Of a stretch of 64,000 bases of DNA, positions 12,274-23,232 are shown in pieces. The notes under the pieces were generated by a model, which was not told the DNA's origin, ran no database searches, and worked only from the letters and a program-made list of their open reading frames with translations. Source of the DNA: Mobula birostris (lineage: Eukaryota); NCBI RefSeq assembly GCF_030028105.1, contig NC_092376.1:53740935-53804934 (forward strand), written 5' to 3'. How positions within the stretch are numbered: position 1 is the stretch's first letter; every line of letters begins with the position of its first letter. Both the position numbers and the translations under genes were made by a program.

Positions 12274-15002
12274 GACCATAAGACCATAAGTCAAAGGAGC
12301 AAAAGTTGGCCATTCAGCCCATTGAGTCTGCTCCGCCATTTTATCATGAGCTGATCCATTCTCCCATTTAGTCCCACTCCCCCGCCTTCTCACCATAACC
12401 TTTGATGCCCTGGCTACTCAGATACCTATCTATCTCTGCTTTAAATACATCCAATGACTTGGCCTCCATTGCTGCCCATGGCAACAAATTCCATAGATTC
12501 ACCACCCTCTGACTAAAAAAATTTCTTCACATTTCTGTTTTGAATGGGCACCCTTCAATCCTTAAGTCATGCCCTCTCGTACTAGACTCCCCGATCATGG
12601 GAAACAACTTTGCCACACCCACTCTGTCCATGCCTTTCAACATTCAAAATGTTTCTATGAGGTCTCCCCTCATTCTTCTAAACTCCAAGGAATACAGTCC
12701 AAGCGCGGACAAACATTCCTCATATGTTAACCCTCTCATTCCTGGAATCATTCTAGTGAACCTTCTCTGTACCCTCTCCAATGTCAACACATCCTTTCTT
12801 AAATAAGGAGACCAAAACTGCCCACAGTACTCCAAGTAAGGTCTCACCAGCGCCCTATAGAGCCTCAACATCACATCCCTGCTCCTATACTCTATTCCTC
12901 TAGAAATGAACGCCAACACTGCATTTGCCTTCTTCACTACCGACTCAACCTGGAGGTTAACCTTAAGGGTATCCTGTACGAGGACTCCCAAGTCCCGTTG
13001 CATCTCAGAACTTTGAATTCTTTCCCCATTTAAATAATAGTCTGCCTGTTTATTTCTTCTGCCAAAGTGCATAACCATACACTTTCCAACATTGTATTTC
13101 ATTTGCCACTTCTTTGCCCATTCTTCCAATCTATCCAAGTCTCTCTGCAGACTCTCTGTTTCCTCAGCACTACCGGCCCCTCCACCTATCTTCGTATCGT
13201 CAGCAAACTTAGCCACAAAGCCATCTATTCCATAATCCAAATCGTTGATGTACAATGTATAAGGAAGCAGCCCCAACACAAACCCCTGCGGAACACCACT
13301 GGTAACCGGCAGCCAACCAGAATAGGATCCCTTTATTCCCACTCTCTTTTTCCTGCTGATCAGCCAATGCTCTATCCACGCATGTAAATTTCCCGTAAGT
13401 CCATGGGCTCTTATCTTATTAAGTAGCCTTATGTGTGGCACCTTCTGAAAATCCAAATATACAACATCCACTGCATCTCCCTTGTCCAGCCTACTGGTAA
13501 TTTCCTCAAAAAATTGTAATAGGTTTGTCAGGCAGGATTTTCCTTTAAGGAATCCATGCTGAGTTCTGCCTATCTTGTCATATGCCTCCACGCACTCTGT
13601 AACCTCATCCTTGACAATCGACTCCAACAACTTCCCAACCACCGATGTCAAGCTAACGGGTCTATAATTTCCTTTTTGTTTCCTTGCCCCCTTCTTAAAT
13701 AGCGGAGTGACATCTGCAATCTTCCAGTCCTCCGGAACCATGCCAGAATCTATCAACTTTTGAAAAATCATAGCTAATGCCTCCGCAATCTCCACAGCTA
13801 CTTCCTTCAGAACACGAGAGTGCATTCCATCTGGTCTGGGAGATTTATCTACCTTTAGACTATTCAGCTCCCTGAGTACTTTCTCTGTCGTGATTGTGAC
13901 TGCGCACACTTCTCTTGCCTGCCACCCTTGAGTGTCCGGTATACTGCTGATGTCTTCCTCAGTGAAGACTGATGCAAAATACTCGTTCAGTTCCTCCGCC
14001 ATCTCCTTATCTCCCATTACAATTTCTCCAGCATCATTTTCTATCAGTCCTATATCTACTCTCTCCTGTCTTTTACTCTTTATATACTTGAAAAAGCTTT
14101 TAGTATCCTCTTTGATATTATTTGCTAGCTTCCTTTCATAGTTAATCTTTTCCCTCTTAATGACCTTCCTAGTTTCCTTTTGCAAGCTTTTAAAAGCTTC
14201 CCAGTCCTCTGTCTTCCCACTAATTTTTGCTACCTTGTATGCCCTCTCCTTTGCTTTAATTTTGGCTTTGACTTCTCTTGTCAACCACGGTTGCATCCTT
14301 TTTCCGTTCGAAAATTTCTTCTTTTTTGGAATATACCTGTCTTGCACCTTCCTCACTTCTTGCATAAACTCCAGCCACTGCTGCTCTGCTGTCTTTCCCG
14401 CCAGTGTCCCTTTCCAGTCAACTTTGGCCAGTTCCTCTCTCATGCCACTGTAATTTCCTTTACTCCACTGAAATACCGACACATCAGATTTCGGCTTCTC
14501 TTTTTCAAATTTCACAGTGAACTCAATCATGTTATGATCACTGCCTCCTAGGGATTCCTTCATCTCAATCTCTCTAATCACCTCCGGTTCATTACACAAC
14601 ACCCAATCCAGTACAGCCGATCCCCTAGTGGGCTCAACAACAAGCTGTTCTAAAAAGCCATCTCATAGACATTCTGCAAATTCTCTCTCTTGAGATCCAG
14701 TGCCGACCTGATTTTCCCAATCCACTCGCATGTTAAAATCCCCCACAATTATCATTACACTGCCCTTCTGACAAGCCTTTTCTATTTCTTGTTGTAATTT
14801 GTAGTCCACATCCCTGCAGCTGTTTGGAGGCCTATAAATAACTGCCATCAGGGTCCTTTTACCCCTGTGATTTCTTAGCTCACCATAAAGATTCTGCACC
14901 TTCTGATCCTATATCACCTCTTTCTAATGATTTAATATCATTTCTTACCAATAAAGCCACGCCTCCCCCTCTGCCTACTTTCCTATACACCATGTATCCT
15001 TG
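12274..15002 (-). mobile_element. Young 5'-truncated CR1 LINE (ORF2 endonuclease end plus RT), inserted in the RBM25 fragment
   Basis: 652-aa open frame 12644-14602 with NYRPVSLTS, QHGF, SGVPQG and FADDTK; (gaccataa)n tail at 12274; gtaaa repeated at both junctions. Confidence 0.95.
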
Positions 15003-15110
15003 GTAAAAGGAGCAATAGAAGGGTTGATAAGAGAAAACGCCAGTGAACTAAATGCACTTCCCAAGGTCAAGATGCAGAAACTAGAAAAAGAAAAAGGAAG
15101 GAGAAGAAAG
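15003..15110 (+). pseudogene. RBM25: RBM25 retrocopy fragment, segment 3
   Basis: VKGAIEGLIRENASELNA...RKRKRKEKK continues exactly where segment 2 stopped (RBM25 IKGAIEVLIREYSSELNA...RKKKKEKK). Confidence 0.9.
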
Positions 15111-15435
15111 GTGTTCTGAGCTGTCAGAACCACTTCTTGCAGTTTCAGAGACAGCTCCTGCAGTGACCACGGAGGAGGTCTCCGAGCCTGAGATTGCTTT
15201 CATAGCCATGGGTCTCACCCACCAGGCAGACTGATCCCCCTTGTCAGGAAGGATGTTTTCCCACGGGAGTGGGAAAGCCTATCCAGAAATTAAATCTTTG
15301 GACCTGAATGGGACAACTTAAAAATTTACTATGCTGTGGATATCTGTATATAGTAGTTATAGTACATAGCATAATGTGTATATAGGTGAGGTACAATCCT
15401 TATTGAGTTGGAGTTTATAGTTAAGCAGGGAAGAG

Positions 15436-15667
15436 TGTTGCGTATTTAATATTTCAGTAATATTTGAGTAATCTTGTATGATTAAACAGTCTTTGTTGTT
15501 TAATTAATTTTGGTTATATGTAAAAATATGTGAATTGCATACATCATCACATTACCACGTGACACGTGCGCACTTCGTTTAAAGTAAATGTGAAGTTTGA
15601 CTCACATTTCAGACTCCCATGTCTTCCTTTGAATTAGTTAAATGTTTTGAAGTTGCAAAACATAACA
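15436..15667 (+). repeat. 3' LTR preceded by a polypurine tract and 3' internal sequence (15111-15435)
   Basis: aagcagggaagag|tgttgcgtatttaatatt...aaaacataaca|gcagg. Confidence 0.9.
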
Positions 15668-16137
15668 GCAGGCACCATGAAATCAGAATATTTTATGAAA
15701 GCTCTGTGGGGTGCTCAGTTCATAATGTTCCAGTGTGATTCACTACGAGCACTAAATTATGTTTTATTGGCGGATGCTCACAGAATTGTTTGATAGTTAG
15801 ACAGAGCAGATGTGCTATGTGCTGATATTATAAGCCATCGTGAAATAAGATTGCATTTTTTAACAAACATATTTATCCTTCACATAATCCCACAATGATT
15901 TCATTCAAAGCAAGAAGTATCAAATCTGTCCCTGAGGTGATTTCCTGTTCCAATTTTATATCTGGGTGAGCCAGAATTTGTGTTAATTGTTCAAAGTGCC
16001 GGTTCTATTAGTGAAATATTGGAACAACTACTTCCCCAGGCATCAATTGGAAAGGATTGCTGGTTGGGCAATCCATCCAGCAACAAAATACTTTCATTGC
16101 TCCTATGTACCAGAGAATAAGATTGGATCATAGCGTC

Positions 16138-16396
16138 TGTTGTGTATTTAATATATCAGTAATATTGTAAATATATTGTTTGATTGAGCTTTCTTTGATG
16201 TTTAATTAATTCGCTATGATTACATGTACAAAGTACGTGAACGGCATATGTCATCATATGTACAAGCCCCAATAAAAGTACAAATGAACCAAGACACGCT
16301 CTACAGGGCTCCTGTCTTTTTTTTTTTTGCAATTAGTTTTTTTATGTTTTAGAGTTACAAAATGTAATGTGGTGATGAGGTATTTTCAAATGAACC
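16138..16396 (+). mobile_element. LTR plus PBS and short leader of the same Gypsy/Mag-like family, truncated at a CR1 fragment
   Basis: tgttgtgtatttaatatatcagtaatatt start; PBS tggtgatgagg at 16370; CR1 QGSVLGP sequence begins at 16396. Confidence 0.8.
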
Positions 16397-17200
16397 AGGG
16401 GTCAGTGCTGGGCCCACAACTGTTCACGATATATATTGATGATCTGGAAGAGGGGACTGAGTGTAGTGTATCTAAGTTTGCTGATGATAGTAAATTGAGT
16501 GGAAAAGTAAATTGTGCAGAAGATATGGAGAGTCTGCAGAGAGGTGTAGATAGGTTAAGTGAGTGGGCAAGGGTCTGGCATATGGAGTAGAATGTTGGTT
16601 AACACCAGGTCATCCACTTTGGAAAGAAAAATGAAAGGGAATTATTTTTTAAATGGTAAAAAAAATTGCAGCGTGCTGCTGTGCAGAGGGACTTGGGAGT
16701 GCTTGTGAATGAATCACAAAAGGTTGGTTTGCAGGTGCAACAGGCTATCAAGAAGGCAAATAGAATATTGGCCTTCATTGCTAGAGTGATTGAAGTTAAG
16801 AGCAGAGAGGTTATGCTGCAACTGTATAGGATACTGGTGAGCCGCATCTGGAGTATTGCATGCAGTTCTGGTCTCCTTACTTGAGACTTTGGAGCTGGTG
16901 CTGAGGAGGTTTGACAGGTTGATTCCAAAGATGAGGGGATTAGACTATAAGAAGAGATTGAGTCACCTGGGACTGTACTCACTGGAATTCAGAAGGATGA
17001 GAGGAGATACATGTAAAATTATGAAAGGGATAGATAAGTTAGAGGTAGGAAAGTTGTTTCCACTGGTAGGTGAGTCCAGAAAGTGTGGTGAATCTGTGGA
17101 ATTCTCTGCCCAATTAAGCACTGGAGGCTACCTCAGTAAATATATTTAAGACAAGGTTGGATAGATTTTTGCATAGGAGGGGAATTAAAGGTTATGGTGC
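16397..17200 (+). mobile_element. CR1 LINE 3' RT fragment
   Basis: QGSVLGPQLFTIYIDDL...KFADDSKL and GLYSLEFRRMRGD in broken frames. Confidence 0.9.
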
Positions 17201-17204
17201 AAAT

Positions 17205-18520
17205 ACTGTATGCTACCTTACTAAATCACCCAATTTGTTGATGTAGAAATGGTAGGATTACCTGTATCCAATGAATGCATAAGAATAAGTAACCCCTCTT
17301 TCTGTAATATCCAACAGTATAGTAGATTTTCAACAGACCAAACCAAAGTGTAGACAAGACAAGGATAACAGAGAAGCACAAATCTGGGGATGGGTATAAG
17401 AACATTTCAAAGGCACTGAATTTGCCTTGGAGCTCAGTTCAGTCAATTATGAAAAAGTGGAAAAAATATGAATCCACAGCCACACTACCTAGTTCAGGCC
17501 ACCCCTCTAAACGTAGTCGCCGGAGAAGAGTGGCACTTGTAATGGTACTGCGACGCTAACAGTCACTCTGAGTGAGCTACAGAAGTCAGTGGCTGTAAAT
17601 TGGAGATGAAGTTCATGGCTCCCAAATCTCTAAGACCTGGCACAAAGAAAGTAAGAGTGGCAAGGAGGAAGCTCTGGCTAAAAAAAAAGCAGATCCTAGC
17701 TCATAAAGATTTTGCAAAGCCTCTCTTAGGAGATACCGTAAAGATGTGGAAAGAGGGTCCTGTGGCTGGATGAACTAAAGTGCAAGTTTTAGGCTTCAGC
17801 ACAAAGCAGTACCTATAGTATAAATCTAATTCTGTACATGCGCCAGGTAACACCATCCCTACTGTAACGTATCCTGGATGTAGCATCATGCTATTGGGAT
17901 GAAAATCAGGTCAGCGTCGATTTAAAGATGAATGCTGCTAAATACAGAGAGGTCCTAGATAAAAACTTGCCAGACTCTGCCAGAAAGCTTAAACTGGGGA
18001 GGAAGTTCATCTTTCAGCAGGACAACGACCCGAAGCACCCTGCCAAAGCAACCATGGAGTGGCTTCAAATGAAGAAGATTGATGTCCTTGAGTGGCCCAG
18101 TCAGAGTCCTGACCTTAACCTGGTCAAGCATATCTGGCAAGATTTCAGGTTTGCTGTCCACTGCTGCTCCCCAACTAACTGGGCACAGCTTGAGCAATTT
18201 TGCAATGGGCAAATCTTGCTCCATCACATTGTGCAAAGCTAATAGAGACTTATCCAGAAAGGCTACCGGCTCTAATGACAGCGAGAGGTGGTTCAGCCAA
18301 GTAGTGAGCAAAGGCGGTTGAATACTTTTAAACTGCTGACACTTCAGGTTTTGAATCTTTAGCTTCTCATGCTTTACAATTTTCCTTGTCTTTGGGGCTC
18401 TACTGTGAAAAAACAGAGCATGTGATTCACAAATAAAAAGTCTCAGTTAAATTGATCAAATTCCCTGACTGTAACACTCATTTATGTGAACAAAGGGTTG
18501 AGGGCTGAATACTTTTACAA
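17205..18520 (+). mobile_element. Tc1/mariner DNA transposon remnant (left TIR missing)
   Basis: HKSGDGYKNISKAL helix-turn-helix region; MNAAKYREVL...FQQDNDPKH...WPSQSPDLN; right terminal region with two tgaatactttt direct repeats (~18320 and ~18506). Confidence 0.9.
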
Positions 18521-18779
18521 AGCTTCAGGAACAAAATGGCATCTTCCATTTGTCCAGGTCTTGGGCCCCAACAACAACTTCATCAGTTTCAGCCTTTCCA
18601 TTTTGTATCAATACCTGCCAATTCTTGAGGTGGTCGGCAGGTTAGATGACCCTTGTGCGAGAGGGGAGGTGATGGCAAGACTGCCATATTGGATGGACGA
18701 TTTCTTATGATAGGGATAGATTGTCTGTATGTGTTGCACCTACTTTCTTTCTTCAAATGCTACTTTATATTCTGATGTT

Positions 18780-19262
18780 TTCCAGAATCTTATGATTTTG
18801 TTTGATTCCCATTGGTTACAGTTCTTTGCTTTTCAATCCCTGAGCAGTTCTGACAAAGCCGGTTTTCTCTATTCAAAGATGCTTCTTGACCTATTGGGTT
18901 TTCCTAGCATTCTCCCTTATTTCAGATTTCCAGTAAATTAAAAAAAAATTATTTACAGCACCACCAGATTATTTTCTCTCACCTCTACGCTCCATCTATT
19001 TATAAGTCTTCCAGGTTGCCATGACCAAGTCTTTAGTATCCACCCTTAGACAACCCCAATCAGTTTATCTGTCTTCTTCACACTAACACAGACATCCTCT
19101 ATATTATTTCAAATCTTCCCCCTTTCCTCCAAGTTCAAATACGCATGTTCTTCTAAATTTTCACAATTCTGAAGCATCTTCAACTCAAAATATTAATATG
19201 TTTATCTCTCCAGAGATGCTGCCTGACTTACTGAGTTTTTCCAGCACTCTATTTTTATTTCA
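18780..19262. mobile_element. Very degenerate Penelope-like ends
   Basis: agatgctgcctgacttactgagtttttccagca and agatgcttcttgacctattgggttttcctagca resemble the PLE terminal repeat seen elsewhere in the window. Confidence 0.5.
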
Positions 19263-19409
19263 ATCTAATGATTCACTTTTAATTTATTCTCAGTTAGTAA
19301 GAAATAAAATTAGCTTGAGTTCCAAAAGCATTTTATTATCTTTAATGTTGCACAGTATATTGGGAATAAAATAGTTCAGCCACTTCTGCTTCATGTTTTT
19401 TTCTTTCTG

Positions 19410-19744
19410 GCGTGTGCCTGCATGCGTGCGAGTTTGCGCGTCTGCGTGTGCGTGCATGCGCATCTGTGCGTGTGCGTCTGCATGTCCATGCATGCGTCCA
19501 TGATGATGTCTTTTTCATAGCTTATACAAGGCGCAGAGCAAGAGAGAGAGACTGAGTGGCGCGCCACTCCTCACACAGACGTCTTTGCAATATTTTCCCT
19601 TTATTTTACGAGGTTGAGTTGTGATCTCAACACTCAACCCAGCACAGATGGAAAGCGTACTCGGGAGTGGACCCGACTAGTTTCGAACCCAGGAACCTCC
19701 GCTCCCGGGTCCGGCACCGATGTCATTGCACCACCAGCCGGCCC
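19410..19744 (-). mobile_element. tRNA-derived SINE with (GT/GC)n microsatellite-like tail
   Basis: Reverse strand begins gggccggctggTGGTGCAATGAc (A box) ... GGTTCGAAAC (B box); 19410-19500 is a degenerate tgcg/tgtg repeat. Confidence 0.6.
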
Positions 19745-19749
19745 TTCTG

Positions 19750-20346
19750 CTTCATGTTGATGGAGACAGACGTGAGAAGCATGGAGGAACATCTGGAGTA
19801 ACTTCTGAAATGCCCGGTTCACTGCCGCTGCTACTGTCCGATCGAGAATCTCCGGAGGGGAAGGCCCCAAATCCTCAGCTTTGCCTGTTACTGGCAGCTG
19901 GGGCTGGGGTCGAAGCGCCCGGCAGAGATGGCGCTTGGTGCTCAGTGTCAGAGGGCCGGTCGGAGGCTCGAAGTATTAGGACAAACTCAGAGTCGGACTG
20001 TGGTCGGGTGCTTCCAGGATGCTGCATCGGCTAGTTTGTGGCACGGGAAGCTCATGGCAGGGAGAGTTTTTTTCCTTCTACCATCTGTGTGAGATAATGG
20101 GATTTTCGAGAGACTTTGAGACTTTTTTTTACCATACTCATGGTCTGTTCTTCATCAAATTACGGTATTGCTTTGCGCTGTTGTAACTATATGTTATAAT
20201 TATGTGGTTTTTGTCAGTTTTTCAGTCTTGGCCTGTCTTGTGTTTCTGTGATATCACACTGGAGGAACATTGTATCATTTCTTAATGCAAAGGCATTACT
20301 AAATGACAATAAAAGAGGACTGTGTGTCCTCATAATCTAATCTAAT
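19750..20346 (+). repeat. Non-autonomous LINE-like repeat with (TAATC)n tail
   Basis: GC-rich 5' part, then aataaa and ataatctaatctaat at the 3' end. Confidence 0.5.
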
Positions 20347-20577
20347 GTTCTGATGGTAGTGTATTGGAAAAAAATCCATTATCAGTCTGGGCCCATCGAA
20401 TGTTTAACCAGGAGAGTGAAAGATGCTAACTTTGCTGAATACGGACTTCTCATACGGGTCACGAAGTCCTAAGTATTCATTCCTTCTCCAGCAAAGAAAC
20501 TTATTCTTTGGCATGCATCCAGCAGCCAATAAGAAAAGTGATGACACAAGGGAGGGTGGGGGAGGGTGAATATCAAT

Positions 20578-20905
20578 GGGCATAGTGACACAGCCGGTGG
20601 AACTGCTGCTTTAAAACTCCAGCAACACAGGTTCAATCTCGATCACCGGTGCGTGGAGTTTGCATGTTCTCCCTGTGACTGAGCGGCTTTACTCCGGCTG
20701 CTGCCACTTCCTCCCACATCCCAAAAATGAGCGCAGGTTAGTTGGTCAACTTGCCACTATCGGTTGTCTGTCATGTCATAATCTTGGAGGCAATGATGGG
20801 AATCTGGGGAGAATAAAATTGGTGAAGGTAAAAATAAAATAGGTGCCTGATGGCTGGACTGGACTCAATAGGCCGAGGGGCTCATTTCAGTCCTGTCTGA
20901 CTGTG
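20578..20905 (+). mobile_element. V-SINE (HE1-like)
   Basis: tRNA-like head with ggttcaatct; V-domain tggagtttgcatgttctccctgtgact...ttcctcccacatcccaaa; CR1-like tail ggactcaataggccgagggg. Confidence 0.8.
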
Positions 20906-21059
20906 TCTTAAACTATTAAAAATAAATTATAGCTTTGACAGGAGGCAAGTCTCTTCCCACAGCTATCAAACTCACACTGCTGGGCTTTGGGAGGTACAGG
21001 GTTAGCACAATAATTCTGTATTGCATCCACATTCAACCTTCATAAAAGGTGTCATAATA

Positions 21060-21555
21060 GTTTATAGTGTCAAGTTCTGGGTGTTACATTTTATAAAGGC
21101 ACAAAGTCAAGGATGCAAAATGCATTTAACAAAATGCTTCTAGAAAGGTGGGGCTCCTGTTGTGCAGATAGTCCAAAAAATCTGGTGTTGTTTCCATTCG
21201 AGCAGAGGAGACGGCAAGGGGATCTGACAGAATATTTAAAATCATGAAGGGATAGATACAGAGAAACTATTCCCTTTGAGAGGGGTCAAAGATGAAAATA
21301 GTGGCAAAAGGACCAAAAGTGACAGAGAGAATGTTTGTACTGTAAATGTTTAGAGTCTGGATTTATTGTAGTAGTAGTAAGAACGACAGGTTCAATTACA
21401 GGATTCAAAAAGGAAGCTGAATAAGTATCCGAAACAGAAGAGCTTACAAGGTTAAGGAAGCAGGGAGGAAGCAGGGAGTGGAACAAGATGGATACTGTAC
21501 GTAGGAATGGTGGTAAGACCCAAGGCTAAATACTATGCTGAATCATTCCGTGATT
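21060..21555 (+). mobile_element. Degraded CR1 3' end
   Basis: ggtgttgtttccattcgagcagaggagacggcaaggggatctgacagaatatttaaaatcatgaagg encodes the LF-LEQRR-GDL-KIM signature of CR1 ORF2. Confidence 0.65.
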
Positions 21556-21973
21556 CCAAATATGAGCAGGCATGGGACAGTTCCAGGCAGGGGAATTGAA
21601 ATAAAGGCAGTATCAAATAAAATGTGTCAGGTTAGCAACATAACCACATCAAATCTCACTGATGAAATTTAATTTTGAAAGCAGAATCATGCGCCTATTA
21701 AACATTATTTTCAGATCCTTTCTCCTGACTGTTACAATCTAGATAGCTGTTGCTTGGCATAACAGGAATGGGTAAATAAGGAGCACAATGGATGAACGTA
21801 TCGGGTCCTCATTTAAAAGGTCTTTGTCAACAGAAGCGACTGTGTATTGTGCTCCTATCAAGACATCTCAATGGGCAGGTGGGTGATGCATGGATTAAAA
21901 TGTGATCAATATTCCCCCTATTCTTGCAACTGCTACAATATTCAAATGACATTAATGAGAAAACATCACTTAC

Positions 21974-22080
21974 ACATTGAGCGGTAACTGGGTCTTTGGT
22001 GCTGTTCCTTGCTCCCCTGCGGCAGCACCCGGTCTTGGTCCCACGGCACCACCAACTGCATTGGCAGTAAGAGACGAAGC
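21974..22080 (-). CDS. SH3RF3: SH3RF3 internal coding exon (107 bp, phase 0/2); reading frame absent from the ORF track
   Basis: Acceptor gtatttttag|GCT and donor AATGT|gtaagt. Translates ASSLTANAVGGAVGPRPGAAAGEQGTAPKTQLPLNV, resembling GEQGTPPKVQLPLNV of mammalian SH3RF3 (from memory). Phases join the 354-bp and 171-bp exons in frame. Confidence 0.92.
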
Positions 22081-22529
22081 CTAAAAATACACCAGGCACA
22101 TGGATTTAATACAACAATCACAGGCATTACTTCTAAATGTTTATCGTTTTGAGCTTCTTGAAGTTGATGTTTAGTTAGTTGACAATTAAAAAGACCAAAG
22201 TATCCAGTTAAGGGAGCAGTGCCAAACCAGTTTAGAGTCACTTTTATTCTTTCCATAATCAACAAGATCACAGAAGCAGACAGGGTACTGTGCTGTTAAC
22301 ACTTTTCCAATATTGTTTTCCAGTCAATGATACCTCCATTTATTGTACACACCCAGAGGCTCAGCCACTGAAACTCTGCAAAATGTACATTTCCATTCAA
22401 GGTGAAGATTGATATGTCTAATATTTGTTGAAATGACTAACTCTGTGATATGATTTAAACCTCTCCAAAAATATTACAAAATACAAACAAATTTAACTGT
22501 TTGGTTGAGAAATCCTTAGTAAAGAACAA

Positions 22530-23232
22530 AATTTTACATTGTATTTCGAGAGGATTAGAATATGAAAGTAAGGTTATAATGCTGAGGCTTTATAAGTCAT
22601 TGGCCAGACTGTATTTTAAGTATTGTGAGCAGCTCTGGGCCCCTCATCGAAGAGTACGTGCTGGCACTGGGGAGGGTCCAGAGGAGATTCATGAGAAAGG
22701 TCTAGGAATAAAAGGGTTAATTTATGAGGAGTGTTTCATGGCTCTGGGCCTGAACTTTCTGGTGTTCAGAAATATTGTGTGTGTGTGTGTGTGTGTGTGT
22801 GCGCGTGTGTGTGTGCATGTGTGTGTGTGGTGGTGGTGGTGGTGGGGGGGTGAATCTTATTGAAACCTACCAAATATTGAAAGGCTGAGACAGAGTGGAT
22901 ATGGAGAGGATGTTTCCTTTTGTGGCAGAGTCTAGGACCAGCGGTCACAGCCTCAGAATACAAGGTCGTCCCTTTGGTACAGAGATGAGGAGGAATTTCT
23001 TTAGCCAGAGGGTGGCACATCTGTTTAATTCATTGTCCCAGACAGCAGTGAAGGCCAAGTTATCAGGTACTGTATATATAAAGCAAAGCTTGATAGGTTC
23101 TCGATTAGTAAGGGCATCAAAGGTTATATGAGAAGGAAAGAGAATGGGGTTGAGAGGGAGAATAAATCAGCCATGATCAAAGGGCAGAGCAGACTAATTC
23201 TGCTCCTATATCATATGGTCTTATGATGTTAT
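22530..23232 (+). mobile_element. CR1 3' end with an internal microsatellite
   Basis: ISRGLEYESKVIMLRLYKSL and RMFPFVAESRTSGHSLRIQGRPF...NFFSQRV; tail tatcatatggtcttatg. Confidence 0.9.
22777..22851. repeat. (GT)n / (GGT)n / polyG compound microsatellite
   Basis: Directly visible. Confidence 0.95.

Larger units (their letters stand above)
7454..15667 (+). mobile_element. Gypsy/Mag-like LTR retrotransposon lacking pol, carrying an RBM25 cDNA fragment and two nested CR1 LINEs
   Basis: Homologous TG...CA LTRs at 7454-7694 and 15436-15667; identical 5-bp flanks GCAGG at 7449-7453 and 15668-15672; PBS after the 5' LTR; purine tract aagcagggaagag before the 3' LTR; gag zinc knuckle and protease remnants. 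Confidence 0.9.

Noticed and set aside
11980-15110. Functional nested RBM25 gene
   Set aside because: In-frame stops, indels, two LINE insertions, no introns and no PWI-containing C-terminus; it is a dead retrocopy fragment.
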